A DNA stretch of 64,000 bases, taken from assembly GCA_951406725.2 (NCBI GenBank), contig OX597819.1:81468001-81532000 (forward strand), read 5' to 3'. The notes beneath the pieces were generated by a model. That model worked only from the letters and a program-made list of their open reading frames with translations. It had not been told where the DNA came from and did no database searches. Below are positions 15,011 through 27,866 of the stretch, one piece after another. This DNA comes from Octopus vulgaris. Taxonomy: Eukaryota. Each line of letters starts with the position of its first letter. The first letter of the stretch is position 1. The position numbers were made by a program, and so were the translations under genes.

Positions 15011-16870
15011 GAAGCTCTCATGGGTGCTTCTGGTAACATGGAACCCAGTACAACTTGTTGCGTGGTTGGATTGTTAGTGATTAGACAGGCACCCCCACCA
15101 GGCTAGCCTAGTGAGGAGGGTTGCTAGAAACCCAGCAGGACTAAAGACAAGACCTATTAAAAGGTCAGATGAACCTAGTGCAAGTTCAGTGGCTATCTAG
15201 CAATAGCGTGCAGAAATTCCAGGATGGTGTCTCATGTGCTGGAAGACCACTGGGAGGGAGGTACCCCTTAGCTCTTGTTGAAACATGTCTCTAGGAAAAG
15301 GCTACTCTGATATAAAACCAGATATGCAGGGAGTAGTATTGGACATTTTGGGCATCTTTTGCTAATGCTTGAGATCATGGCACTCCCACATCCCTGAGCC
15401 TGCAACTCATATTGGCACCAGACATCTTGCCTCAGCTTGTATCTGGATAATGTCAATAGAGTGGAGAGGGTCTACAAGGTGTCATGCAAGCCTTATTGCA
15501 CCTAAAACTTTGCACAGGCATTGCTGACTTTTTCCCAGGCCTGACATGTTGGAAGCATATATTCAGTGACCTGCATGTAGGTGGCCCATGCTAGATATAA
15601 AGTCATCTCCTTGTCACTCAAGACAGCGATGGAATTCAGTTGCTGCATGGATGTCCAAGGAGCTCTATTTGGGGAGGACACTGCTGACCTGGAGTCCAGG
15701 GAGATTCTAGAAAAGGTGAACCAAAAATTGCCTGTCTTACTCAATCTGGTCAGTTTAGTGTGACTGACAGATGCCCATTCTGCACTCGAAAAACAAAGAG
15801 AATCTGGTTGGAACTTGAATATTGCATGTTGGAATGTGCACACTCTGTTTGCTAGATAACATGAGTGACTGTGGGCCTGAAAGACACACTGCACTTATTG
15901 TTCATGAGCTGAACCATTATGACACTGATATAGCTGCCCTTACAGAGACTTGTATAATAAAAGGTGATGGTCAGCTTGAGAAGGTAGGAGGTGGATACAC
16001 CTTCTTTTGGAAGGGGAAATCAAAGGAGAAGCACAGAGAGGCTAGAGCTGGCTTTGTAGTTCGATTCAAAATCCTTAAGAAGTTGGAGGAACTTCGTGTT
16101 CCTATAAATGTTCATCTAATGACTCTGCATTTGCACCTGAAAGGTGAGCAGTTTGCTACTTTAATAAGTGTCTATGCACCTACTTTGACCAGTTGTGATG
16201 AAGATAAAACTAATTTCTATACCCAGCTGAGAGCCATGCTTAGGAAAATCCCCAATTCTGATAAAGTCATTCTACTGGGGATTTCAATGCCAGGGTTGGA
16301 ACAGATAGGCAGACATGAAACTCTCTTGGACATTTTGGTATAGGGAAGATGAATAACAATGGTTTCATGCTTCTGGAACTTTGTGAGGAATACGGACTTT
16401 ACATCGCAAGCACTCATTTTATGCACAGTGGTAATAACACAACAGTATAGATGTACACAAGGTCTAAAGTTTGGCACTTGCTGGATTATGTCAACATTCA
16501 CAAGTGTGACATCTATGATATTTGTAACGTCAAGTCCTTTCATGGTTTGGAGCGCTGGATGAAACCACAGCTTGGTGCGAGCAAAGTTCCGGACAATGAT
16601 CTGAATGAAAGAAAGAAGAGGGCCAGTTGGCATTCCTCAGCATCTGAATATCAATAAGATATATGATGCTTTGGTGAGGAAAGAGCTTCAGAATCAGTTA
16701 TCCAGCATTGAAAATACTACAGCGTGGGAAGATTTTAAAGACCAGGTTTTTCAATGTGCTGTTACCAGACACAAAGACTGATTTGATGAAAATGATCCTG
16801 AAGTTTGGCAACTGCTGGTTGTAAAGCACCATGCCCACAGTGTATTATTGCCCTCAGTAATTCCTCCACT
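15011..16870 (+). mobile_element. RTE (BovB-like) LINE 5' half: 5' UTR, AP endonuclease and linker; RT absent; frameshifted
   Basis: LNIACWNVHTL, then PERHTALIVHELNHYDTDIAALTET, GYTFFWKG, LISVYAPT, KVILLG(DFN), then D*FDENDPEVWQLL. Confidence 0.9.
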
Positions 16871-18077
16871 GACAGTGTGTTGTAGAATGTTGATATGTGC
16901 CACAGGGTCTTTGTCATGAGACATGTTGAACTATGGCTGAAAGTATTCAGTCAGTCTGTTTGAAGTCACTCAGTTCTTATCAACTTATTTTTAGTATGGC
17001 AAGGCCTTTCCCATGGACTTCCTCCAATTGTTTTTAGTCTTTTTTTGAAATCTCTCAAGCTATCTCTGTCCATAGCACTTTGTGGTTCCTCTGTTATTTG
17101 TTTTCACCATCATGATTTTAGTAATTTTTGTAACAGTTTGTCATAGTCGACCTAGTGCTTCTAATTTCTAACACTCATTGGTTGGGGACTGATTTCTCTG
17201 AAGCAGCATTTTCAGTTCAGAAAGATTTGGTTCAATCTTGATATTTCCATTAGCTTACCAATGACAGTCTTAACCTTGTTATACATAACTTGTCAAATAC
17301 ACAATCACTCCAGGTCAGTTTTCATCTCTTCTTGCATCGTCAAGGGCTTCATTCATCACTTGTTCTAATTACACCTTGTCACTAGTAGCATGAAGAGTTT
17401 CTCTGTACCAAGCTTGACAAGTTTGGTAGGCAACTGTTGTGCTTCTGTTAAATGTAGAAAGTATCTTGAGATTTTAATAGTTGATAATTGGTGCAGTAGT
17501 TTGCACCGTATATAAACTTTAGTGCTGTGACTGTCCAAGTTACCTTGCTGCAATGTAAGAATGAAATAAATCATATGCTTATTTTGGGGTTGATGTTTGA
17601 GCATGGTATTTATTGTTACTACTTCAGACTCATTACATAGAACTAATGGAAGTTCCCAATTGGCACTGCAGCCACTAATCCATGCTTGCTCATAACTATG
17701 GGCTAATTTCTATAACCTTTCCCTATTTTGATATTTAAATCTCCCATAAGCAGCAATTGTCTATGTAAAGTCTGTTGAATAATAAATGTGCCAGTTGGCT
17801 ATAGAATACTTCCTTGCTTTCATGGTGATTTGTCGTAGATGGAGCATATACTGATTATAGTGGTATTACAGTTCTATGTTAATGGTAGTCTCATTATAAT
17901 GATTGTGTCACATACTGAGCCATGTATATCTGTGGATTTTGACACTTTGTCTTTCTGTATGGTGAATCCAACGCCTAATTTTCTGCAGCTGAAGAATATG
18001 TATTCTGTATTGCTGAAATGAATTAAATAAAAATGAATGTCCACATATATCTGTTATATCAATGCTGAATTTTAAAT

Positions 18078-18650
18078 TCATCATCATCATTTACTGTCCA
18101 TTCTCCATGCTGGTCTGGGTTAGACAGTCTGATTGGAACTGGTAAGCTAGAGAGCTGCACCAGGCTCCAGCCTGGTTTGGCTTGGTTTCTACAGCTGGAT
18201 GATTTTCTTAATGCCAATCACTCTAAGAGTGCAGTGGGTGCCTTTTTCATGTCACCAGTGTGGAGACACCTTTTACATGTCACCAGCCCTGGTCATGACT
18301 ATAATTTTTCTTAGCTTGACATGTCTTCTCAGGCACAGTAAATCACCTAAGGTCTTAATCACCTGTCATCACCTCTGTAAGACTCAACATCCACAGATCA
18401 TGCTTTACCACCTCGTCCTATATTTCCCTGGGTCTACCTCTTCCAAAAGTTCCCTCCACAGTTAGAGATTAGCTCTTCTTTATGGCACTGTCCTCATCCA
18501 TATGCATCACATGACCATACCAGCACAGTCTTCTCTCTTGCACATCATATCTGATGTCTCTTATACCCAATCTTTCTCTCAAGACACTTACACTCAGTTT
18601 TATGTACACATTAACATTGCACATCTAGCAAAGCATACTAGCTTCATTTT
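18078..18650 (-). mobile_element. 5'-truncated RTE: ORF C-terminus plus T1 tail with (GAT)n
   Basis: LRERLGIRDIRYDVQERRLCWYGHVMHMDEDS (RTE RLRWxGHVxR motif), followed by the T1 tail ending tgatgatgatga. Confidence 0.85.
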
Positions 18651-18696
18651 TTTCTTATTAATATAATACAATTTTCAGTTCTATATGATAATTTAA

Positions 18697-18914
18697 CCCT
18701 TTAGCATTCAGAATACTCTATCAAATGTAATGCTTATTTATTCACATTTTTTTAATTACTCATGTATTATCTTGTAACTTAGAGATTTCAATGATGTGAT
18801 TGTTTATTTTTAGAATGACATTGTAGGTAGGTGAGAGAGACCAGATCCAACCAGTTTGAACATAAAACAGGCAGAATATTTGAGCCAGATATGGTCAGTT
18901 TAACTGTTAAAGAG
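18697..18914. mobile_element. piggyBac-type MITE (218 bp)
   Basis: TTAA at 18693-18696 and 18915-18918; TIRs CCCTTTAGCA / TGTTAAAGAG; a second copy lies at 28960-29176 in the opposite orientation. Confidence 0.75.
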
Positions 18915-19105
18915 TTAAAGTAAACTAGTGTTCTAACATTCCACTGGACTACCATCAGAAGTCTTTTGATTCTTGGCTGATTTTTCAAGATGTAGACATC
19001 CCTGAAAAATTGTAAATATTGTCTGATGGGTATATTCAACATGAAACCAAAAGTAACATTTTGAACAGTTATATATGATAACCAGAAATATATTGCTTGA
19101 TGATG

Positions 19106-19106
<1 letters not shown>

Positions 19107-19177
<71 letters not shown>
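19107..19177. repeat. (GT)n microsatellite
   Basis: Long pure GT run. Confidence 0.95.
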
Positions 19178-19180
<3 letters not shown>

Positions 19181-19484
19181 TCTTTTTGGGATGAAGGAAC
19201 TCATTGGAAGATGGTTTAGCTGGCTAGAACCTTAGAGTCACTGTCAATGCTATTCTTGTTAGGCTGTTGCACTCGAGATCACTAGATTGTAAGTTCAATT
19301 CCTTGATTGGATGGCAAGTTGTATTCTTGAGCAAAACACTTCATTTCACAATGCTTCAGTCCCCCTTTTGATCAGTGGGTGGCATCATTTGAAGGCTAAA
19401 ACATCTGATAGTCTGGTCGGTCATGTGATCACATGATATATTTATATATATATATGTATGTATCTGTGTAGGTATATACATATA

Positions 19485-19535
<51 letters not shown>

Positions 19536-19680
19536 ATATATATACACATATATATATATATATCATCATCATCATCATGATATACACATACACACACACA
19601 CATATATATAGTGATATTTTGAAATTGTTTAATACATGTTTTAGGCTTGTAGATGACTTAAATGCATTATACACATGTAT

Positions 19681-19720
<40 letters not shown>

Positions 19721-20409
19721 CACACACACAAACAGCAACAAAAATAAAGAAAAAACAGAAGGTAATAAAGAAAACACACACACACTCATATACATACACA
19801 CACACACATACTCACACACATACACACACATATATATGTGTGGAATTAGGATCAGTTTTAAGTCATTTAAACAGATTTGTCCAAATTGGGTCAAGAGAGG
19901 GTCCCATACACATGCTTGAACAGAGGATGTTATGATGAATTTTTAATATATCAAACCCTCAATGCCTTATGGCCTGAATTGGTGTACTGTACAAAGCATA
20001 AAACATCAATCTTCAGCTTTTGTAGTGCAGAGGGGCCCACTGCCAATTCTCTAATAGAGCCCTGCACTTCCTTATGCCAACCCTGTGTGGGAGTCCGCAT
20101 AGTTTCTGTCTGCTGAATTCACTCACAAGGCATTGGTCAGCTCAGGGCTAAAGAGGAAGATACTTATGCAAGGTGTCACATGGTGAGACTGAACTGAAAC
20201 TACTTTTTAATTACTCAGCCATGCCTGAAGAAAAAGTAACAGAATAAAAGTTGGAAAATTTAGAGAAAAATGTGAGGTGATATGGTTCTCTTGTACCACC
20301 GGCACAATACAAAAATCAATAAAAGAGAATGACAATTTGATTGAGATGGATGAATAACTTGGGACAGAGAGAGAGAAAGAGAGATAGACAACAATGTAAC
20401 AGTATAGGC

Positions 20410-20556
20410 AGGAAGGAAGAAAGAAATAATGAAGGAAACAAAGATTTGTTGATGGTTGATACATTGACAAACAGACAGACAGACATAGATAGATATATAG
20501 AGTAACAGACAGGCAGACAGAAAGAAAAAAAGCTAGATGGATACATACATACATAC

Positions 20557-20587
<31 letters not shown>

Positions 20588-20790
20588 CATACATACATAC
20601 ATACATACATACATAGAATGATAGATAGATCAGCAGGTAGCTAGGTAAATAAAGTGATAGGCAGAGACAGACAGACAGATGGGCAGACATATATGTATAT
20701 AAGTAGGTAGCTAGGTTGATAGGCAGGTAAGTACATAGGTAAGTAGGTTGAGGTAGGTAGGTAGGCTGCTAGATAAGTAGATAAAAGAGT
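20410..20790. repeat. Compound tetranucleotide array (GACA/GATA/CATA/GGTA)
   Basis: Successive degenerate tetranucleotide tracts. Confidence 0.85.
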
Positions 20791-21664
20791 TAATAACTCA
20801 ATAGAAATTTTTCAAAAGTGCTCGGAATGAGTGATATGATTAGGACTTAAAGAACCCAATAGATTTAGTAGAAAAACTAAATTTTTTAGTTTAAAGATGT
20901 AGAGTGTTAAATATACATCCATTTAAAATGAAATGTATCCAGCTGATAATGTATATTTTGTTGATATTATATTTATGTATTCATTTTTTGTTTTGAGATT
21001 GTCTATGTATATAGACTGATATGTGAATGTATTTTATAGGTCTAAATTGGCATACCAAACTGAACGTTTTTGATATAATAAAGGAAAAACAAACAAAAAG
21101 AATGGGGAAGAGAGAAAACAAAAGACTGAGTTTCTGAAGAATTGCTTAAATATATAGAGATTGTTAGTTTTGAAAGCATACTTATATACAATACATGCAT
21201 ATGCACAGAGGGAGAAAGACACATATGCATAACACAAGCACACATATGCATACATACACATACGCACACAAAAATACATACATACATACATACATACATA
21301 CATACATACATACATACATACATACATACATACATACATAATGCATACATACATACATATACATATAGATTATGTTTATATATGATACGTATGTTTATAT
21401 ATTCAAATATCATTATCATCATTTTACTGTTATTTTCCATGTTGGCATGGGTGAGACACACACACACCCACACATACACACACACACACACAAACACACA
21501 CAAACACACACACACACACAAACATAAACACACACACATATAAACACACATATATATATATATATGCACAAATGTATATACATAAACACACACATATATA
21601 AATATGCAGATATGTATGTAGCAATTCATAAATATATTTATATACATGTGTGTATATATATTGT

Positions 21665-21710
<46 letters not shown>

Positions 21711-21997
21711 TTGTATGTATGTACACACACATACAAGTAACCGATAATGAATAAAATATAATGCAGTAGGGCTTATCTGGTGTGATATGTGTGGTGGGGG
21801 TTACTTGTGTATTTGTGCTTGTGTATGTGTGTGTGTGTGTGCGTGTGTGTGTGTGTGTGTGTTTATGCTTGTGTTTGTGTAATTGATTTTTATATAAAAA
21901 AAAAGTTCATATTAGCTTATTTAACAAACAAACAAACAAGCAAAATATACAAACAAGATTGTATCCTTTGAAAGAAACATAAACATAAATATACATA

Positions 21998-22051
<54 letters not shown>

Positions 22052-22230
22052 TGGATAGATGATCAGTGATAGAAAGTGAGACATTGGTAACGGCCAGCTA
22101 CTGATGCCAGCTGCAAGTGAGCACACCTTCCATTCCTTCCATTCCATATCTAAGCTATTCAGAACTAGAGTCAACACAGCAGTTGGTTATGTCAGTCAAT
22201 TAAGTAGAGAAATGTTCCTGATGCGCTCAC

Positions 22231-22364
22231 CAGTAGTCTCTTTTCGTCAATAGTACAGTGGAGCAACTGCAGAGGCCGCTAACATCGGAAAGAAATAATG
22301 CTGCCAAAATTAGTGATGGCAGTTGTGTGTTTTGCTTGTGTGTCATCACTCTGTTCAGTGACAG
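22231..22364 (-). CDS. Candidate 134-nt internal exon (LSLNRVMTHKQNTQLPSLILAALFLSDVSGLCSCSTVLLTKRDY+TG)
   Basis: Acceptor cctttcattattgctatctccttccgttacag, donor TG|gtgagc; one open frame; lies in a non-repetitive, GC- and CpG-enriched island. A signal-peptide-like ORF on the + strand competes with it. Confidence 0.35.
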
Positions 22365-22558
22365 CTGTAACGGAAGGAGATAGCAATAATGAAAGGCATT
22401 CACCTTTAGCAATATATTGCACTAATTGTTGCAGACAAACTGCAGTGCCAAAAAACGTTATCCTCCGAAACGAGGCAATTTTTTTTTATTTCTTTATATA
22501 AAGCTCAAATTAATCTTCTTTCTGCACACAAAAATAAGCATGCATGTATGTATGTATA

Positions 22559-22604
<46 letters not shown>

Positions 22605-23187
22605 TAGTACATATATGAATAACTGTATTCACAGTGTATATCATATACATGAAACTGATATACATATTTTGCTGTGAGTTATAACATGCAAACACACACA
22701 CACACATCCATCTACTTGGCAGTGTGGATAAAAATTTCACTTTCAGATCACATGGTTCTGGGTTCTGTCTCATCACATAGTATCTTGTACAATCGTCTAC
22801 TGACCGAAACCATCTCAGCAGACTTGGTAGACAGAAATTGAAAGAACTCCTTCCAATATGCATGTATACATATTCACATATATGTACATATATATATTTA
22901 TATATAATTAAGGTGCAGTCAGACAGAGTTGTTTGTTTCCAATTCTCTGTGTAAAACATGACCAGTATGTTTGTTACTCAACTGATTGGGAAACTATGAG
23001 GGTTGGCATCAGGAAGGGCTTCCAGTCATGGCCAAAGGTTATGACTTGATTACTATAGGTCTCTCATTATATAATCAATATGATAGTATTATTGCTCTGT
23101 TCCATTGTTTTCATTTGTCACTCATATGTTATTGGAACAGCTGTAAACTGTGGAATAAATGTGCTACCAACAACTGCATTCTTCACA

Positions 23188-23239
<52 letters not shown>

Positions 23240-23614
23240 ATGTATGTATGTATGTACTGTATGTGTAACTGTAGATGTGTATATATCAGTGTCCCTTTGT
23301 TTTGACATCTTGTGATAGTCTTAGATGAGTATCTTTTTTCATGCAATCAACGTCATTTATTTCCAATATTCACCAAAAACATGTCTGGCCATGAGGAAAT
23401 ATTGCCTTGCTTGGAATGAGGTATGGTTTGGTGATCGGAATGGCATCTAACCACAGAAAATCTACTTGAATAAAATCCGTCAGATCTATGCAAGTATAGA
23501 AAGTGGATGTTATAATGACAATGGTGGTAATGGTAATGGTTTACACACATACACGTGTGTATGTGTGTGTGTATATATATATGTACATATACATACACAT
23601 ACACACATATATAT

Positions 23615-23863
23615 TCTCATTATACAGACATACACACACATCTATGCACACACAAACACTTGTATACATATAAACACACATACACAAATGTGTGTGTATA
23701 TATATTGATTAAAGATAGTTATGCCCAGTTTGTGGGGTTACCCATGGTACATATATATACATATATACACACACATTTGTGTATGTGTGTTTGAATATGT
23801 TTATATGTATACAAGTGTTTGTGTGTGCATAGATGTGTAAGTGTGTATGTCTGTATAATGAGA
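23615..23863. repeat. Inverted repeat, about 90-bp arms and 50-bp spacer
   Basis: tctcattatacagacatacacac...caaatgtgtgtgtatatat recurs as its reverse complement ending ...gtatgtctgtataatgaga; the arms differ mainly by two short indels. Confidence 0.85.
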
Positions 23864-23914
23864 CCCTACTAAGGTCAATACTCAACCTGCAAATTTTGCC
23901 TGAAGGAAGCACTT

Positions 23915-23960
<46 letters not shown>

Positions 23961-23964
<4 letters not shown>

Positions 23965-24260
23965 AGACACATGGCTTTGTGGTTAGGGCATTCAGCTCAT
24001 GATTGTAAGGTCGTGAGCTCAATTCTTAGCGACACATTGTGTCCTTCAGCAAGACACTTTATTTCACATTGCTCCAGTCCACTCAGCTAGTAAAAATGAG
24101 TAGTACCTATACTCTGTGTTACACTGAATCGCCCTGAGAACTACATTAATGATACATGTGTCTATGGAGTGCTCAGTCACTTGCATGTTAATTTGACAAG
24201 CAAGCTGTTCTGTTGATCATATCAGTTGGGACCCTCATCATTGTAACCGATGGAGTGCTC
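23961..24260 (+). mobile_element. tRNA-derived SINE family C
   Basis: A-box-like tggctttgtggttagg, B-box-like gagctcaattc, central ttgtgtccttcagcaagacactttatttcacattgctccagtcc; decayed copies near 19.27, 25.0 and 43.55 kb. Confidence 0.7.
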
Positions 24261-24287
24261 CTTTTATATATATACATATACTAATTA

Positions 24288-24585
24288 TCATCATCATCAT
24301 TGTTTAATGTCCACCGCCTTCCATGCTGGCATGGTTGGGATAGTTTGACAGAAGCCTGCACCAGACTTCTATGACTGTTTTGGCAGAATTTTTATACCTG
24401 GATGCCCTTCCTAACACCAACCACTCAGCAGAGTGGACTTCAGGCTTTTTACATGGCACAAGCACAGGCACAGTCAGTTCTGGCAAGGTTTTTACAGCTG
24501 GATACCCTTACAAATACCAACCACTTTACAGTGTGGACAGGGTGCTTTTTAAGTGGCACCTGCACTGACAGGGTAACCAACTACC
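24288..24585 (-). mobile_element. RTE T1 tail
   Basis: (CAT)n + tgtttaatgtccaccgccttccatgctggcatggttgg...ggatgcccttcctaacaccaaccactc. Confidence 0.8.
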
Positions 24586-25464
24586 ATTTATACTCAACAG
24601 ATTTCTACAGTTTCCATCTACCAAATTCACTTACAAGGCTTTGGTCGGCCTGGAGCTACTGTAGAAGATACGTGCCCAAGGTGCCATGCAGTGGAAGTGA
24701 ACCTGAAAGCACATTGCTGCAAAGCAAGTTCCTTACTCACACAACTATAACAAAAACACATTTTAATCTCTAAGACCAAAACTGTTATTTAACATAAGTG
24801 AAATACCTGTACTAATTGATCATCAGATGCAAGCAAGCATGGCTTTGTAGCTAGTAACAAGATCACGGGCAGAAATAGATAATCTCTCAGTTCTCCCACC
24901 TTTGACATGGCAGCATATCCTGATTGGAAAGCCAAAAGACAAGAGGGCTACACCAGCACTAGCCTGGTATTTATTACAGCTTAAGTATTATAACTTGAGC
25001 AATGTGAAGTGAAGTGCTTGGTTCAACAGCACAATGTAACACTCCATCCAGAAATTCAGACATTGACCTTATGACTATAAACTGAACATCCTAGCCACTA
25101 TACTATAAGTCTTTACTTCCATCAGGTACCAAAAGCTGTTTTGTCCTTCCATGCCTTGTGGGTGAATTTGGTAGACAGAAATTACATGTGAGCCTGTTGT
25201 GTATATCATCGTCATTTTAATCCGCTGTTTTCCTATGCTTTCATGGATTGGATGGAATTTTGCTGAGGCAGATTTTCTTTATACAGCTGGATGTCCTTCC
25301 TGTAACCAACCCTCACCTGCTTTCAAGTAAAGTAATTTATTCCCATGACCAGACATCTCTTCACAGAATATTGTGAAATGAAGAACACTGCTTTCATGAC
25401 AATGACATTTGTTTAAAACTATCATGTTATATCAAAGCAAGGAGACAGTAATCCCACACACACA

Positions 25465-25910
25465 TTCAACAGGCTTCTTTCAGTTTCCATCTATGAAATA
25501 CATTCACAAGGCATTGGTTGGCACAGGGCAAAAGGAGAAGATACTTGCCCAAGGTGCCTTGCAGTGGGACTGAACTCAGAACCATGTGGTTGGGAAGCAA
25601 ACATCTTATTACACAGCCACACCTACACCCATGTGTGTATGTGTGTGTGTGTGTGTGTCTGCGTGTGTCTACATGTGTGTGTGTGTGTGTGCACATGTCT
25701 TTGTGTCTGTGTTTGTGACCACATCACCACCACATGACAACTTGTGTTGGTTTGTTTTGGTCTCTTTAACTTAGCAGTTCAGCAAAAGTGGCTAATAGAA
25801 TAAGAACCAGACTTATAGATAACTACCGAAGGTGATCTGTTTGACAAAATCATTTCAAAGTGATGCCCCAGTATGATTGCAGTTCAATGACTGAAAGAAA
25901 TAAGAGATAA
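25465..25910. mobile_element. SINE A chimera: minus-strand head joined through (TG)n to a plus-strand tail
   Basis: 25465-25625 is the reverse-complement head; 25690-25910 is the forward tail (ttagcagttcagcaaaag...gactgaaag). Confidence 0.65.
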
Positions 25911-26989
25911 AAAATACATGCAAAATTTGTGATCTTGTGCTTGTGTCAGAAATCACTATTTCATTGTTATCAGAAACATATATAATAATAGATAATTTAG
26001 ATATTGTAGCTGGACAGGAATATACACGTATGACCTACATAAATGATGCTTCCACATTTTTTGTTTGAGTAGTTTAATATCAAATTTTTAATATTGTTAT
26101 TTACTTCTTTTCTTTCTACATTATCTGTTTTAATGATGTCTACTTTTCTTTTTCTTTTTTTTTTATTAGTGAGAATGTTTATTATGTGTGAATAAATGAT
26201 AGGAAGTATGAATGAAAGACAAGAGGTGTGTGGGTGAATAAGTTTGTCTGAGCATGTATGTTTTGTTGGCAGTAATATAAGATGTTATAGATAAATTGGT
26301 GTGATGGTACTATACTTCAATAGCTATGCCACATCACCTGTTGTCAGAGCCTGATGGACCAGCAGAGAATTGAGCTCCACTGAACGATTCTAAAGATCTT
26401 TAACATGAATACAGTAACAGTTCTCTTCTCTGTTACTCTGGTGCTTGCCTAAGTCATTAGGCTATGGCATGCTGGAGCACTGCCTTAAAGGGTTTTAGTG
26501 AAAGAAATCAACCCAAGACTTTTTGAGCAATGCTCTTCTTCAGAAACAGCAGAGAGAGGAAAATCTAATAGGAAAGGAAGCTGCTCACAAACTGGTTATT
26601 TTATCACTCTGCTCTGGAAAATGAAAAGTTAAATTGATTAGGACAGAAAATGAACTAAAAGCATTTTCAAAGGTGATGCAATGACTAAAGTATCCTTGTC
26701 ATCTTTTTACCATACAAGATAGCAAACTGGCTGAGTCATTAAAGTATAGGGCAAAACATCTTGTAGTGTTTGCTCTAAGTTTAAATCCCAATGAGCTCAA
26801 TTTTGCTTTTCATCTTTTTGAGTTATACAGACTGGTGGATTAACAGAATTGTAAAGAAGTCTGATGAGATGTTTTGTGGTATTTGTTCCAGCTGTTTGTT
26901 CTTGGTTAGTAGACTTAATCCATCATCACCTTAAAACCACTGTCTTAGTCACTGGGTGCCTTTATCAGAGTTCAATCTGTTAGAAGCAT

Positions 26990-27387
26990 TCAGTTTAGGT
27001 CTCCATTGTGATGACAACTTTCTCCCTTCATTCAATCAAACTCGGAAAGCCTGAAAAACTAAAAGCAGAGTCAAAGATGCTGTCCTTCTCTTTCATTTTC
27101 ATTGAGTAATCACAACTCTGGTTCTATGGACATGTGATTTAAATGCCACTGGAAAAAACTATAAGATGGATTTTCTTCTAGCTGAGCCAGCCAGCAAGAG
27201 ACCTAGAAGTAGATCAAGAATAAGATTGTTGAATAATATCCATAGTCTCAGTTGTTCATGCTTGAGAGTCTAGTAGAAAGTTTCATAATGGTTGCTTCTG
27301 ATAGGATCCTATGGAAGAGGTACCTCAAGACTCTAAAACCCAAGACCTTCCAAAGAAAATCTGGTGGAGAAGATGGATGGGTGGATA
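26990..27387 (+). mobile_element. Rex3/Expander-like RTE 3' fragment
   Basis: QLWFYGHVI*MP...AEPASKRPRSRSRIRLLNNIH...VASDRILWKRYL, ending gaagatggatgggtggat ((GATG)n-type tail). Confidence 0.65.
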
Positions 27388-27800
27388 AATTAAATAAAAT
27401 TTTAGTCTGAATATTTTTTTTTTTTTGGAAGTAAACAAAAACATTTAAGCGACCAAAAATTAGATTCCAACAGTGATTCTTTATTTCTTTTCAAAGCAAA
27501 TCAGGGATTTTTTTTTTGCTGTTTTAATTTTTTTAAATTTCTTTTACACCAAATTATAAGATTTTTTTGGACTACCTAAGCAAATTGTAATGAATAGACT
27601 GTCAGTTTCTAAAAGAATTTAATTAAATTTAATGATAGTTCAGATCTGTCTTTGTTAAAGTATAAAATAGAAGCAACAATGATATTTATGCAAAACAAAA
27701 GGTAATTTATCATTTAAAGGATGTATTGTATCATTTGGCCTTTGATAGAACTGATTATGATTCAAATTAAAGTCTAGTATTTTCTTTTATCATTTTTCAG

Positions 27801-27866
27801 CGAATTGTTAAAACTCAGATATCATTTAAATATACCAACTGTACAATCAGCCACATACTACACTGA
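27801..27866 (+). CDS. Candidate 66-nt symmetric exon (xELLKLRYHLNIPTVQSATYYTx)
   Basis: Strong acceptor tttcttttatcatttttcag, moderate donor GA|gtaata; open in phase 2. Confidence 0.25.
   Translation, partial: RIVKTQISFKYTNCTISHILH

Larger units (their letters stand above)
16875..19000 (-). mobile_element. Older RTE LINE 5' half (endonuclease and linker), interrupted by two younger insertions
   Basis: Minus strand: QWNVRTL (about 18.94 kb), KFSIDI, LGVGFTI, TTIISI, LLLMGDLNIKIG, SKHG, VTINTMLKH, EYF-like linker; many stops and frameshifts. Confidence 0.65.

Noticed and set aside
23961-24040. tRNA genes at SINE heads (also the tRNA-like fragment near 58650-58715)
   Set aside because: Only A/B-box-like remnants; no complete cloverleaf, and the SINE heads are fused to SINE bodies
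26404-26451. Signal-peptide-like MNTVTVLFSVTLVLA
   Set aside because: Stops after 15 codons with no donor and abuts a SINE tail
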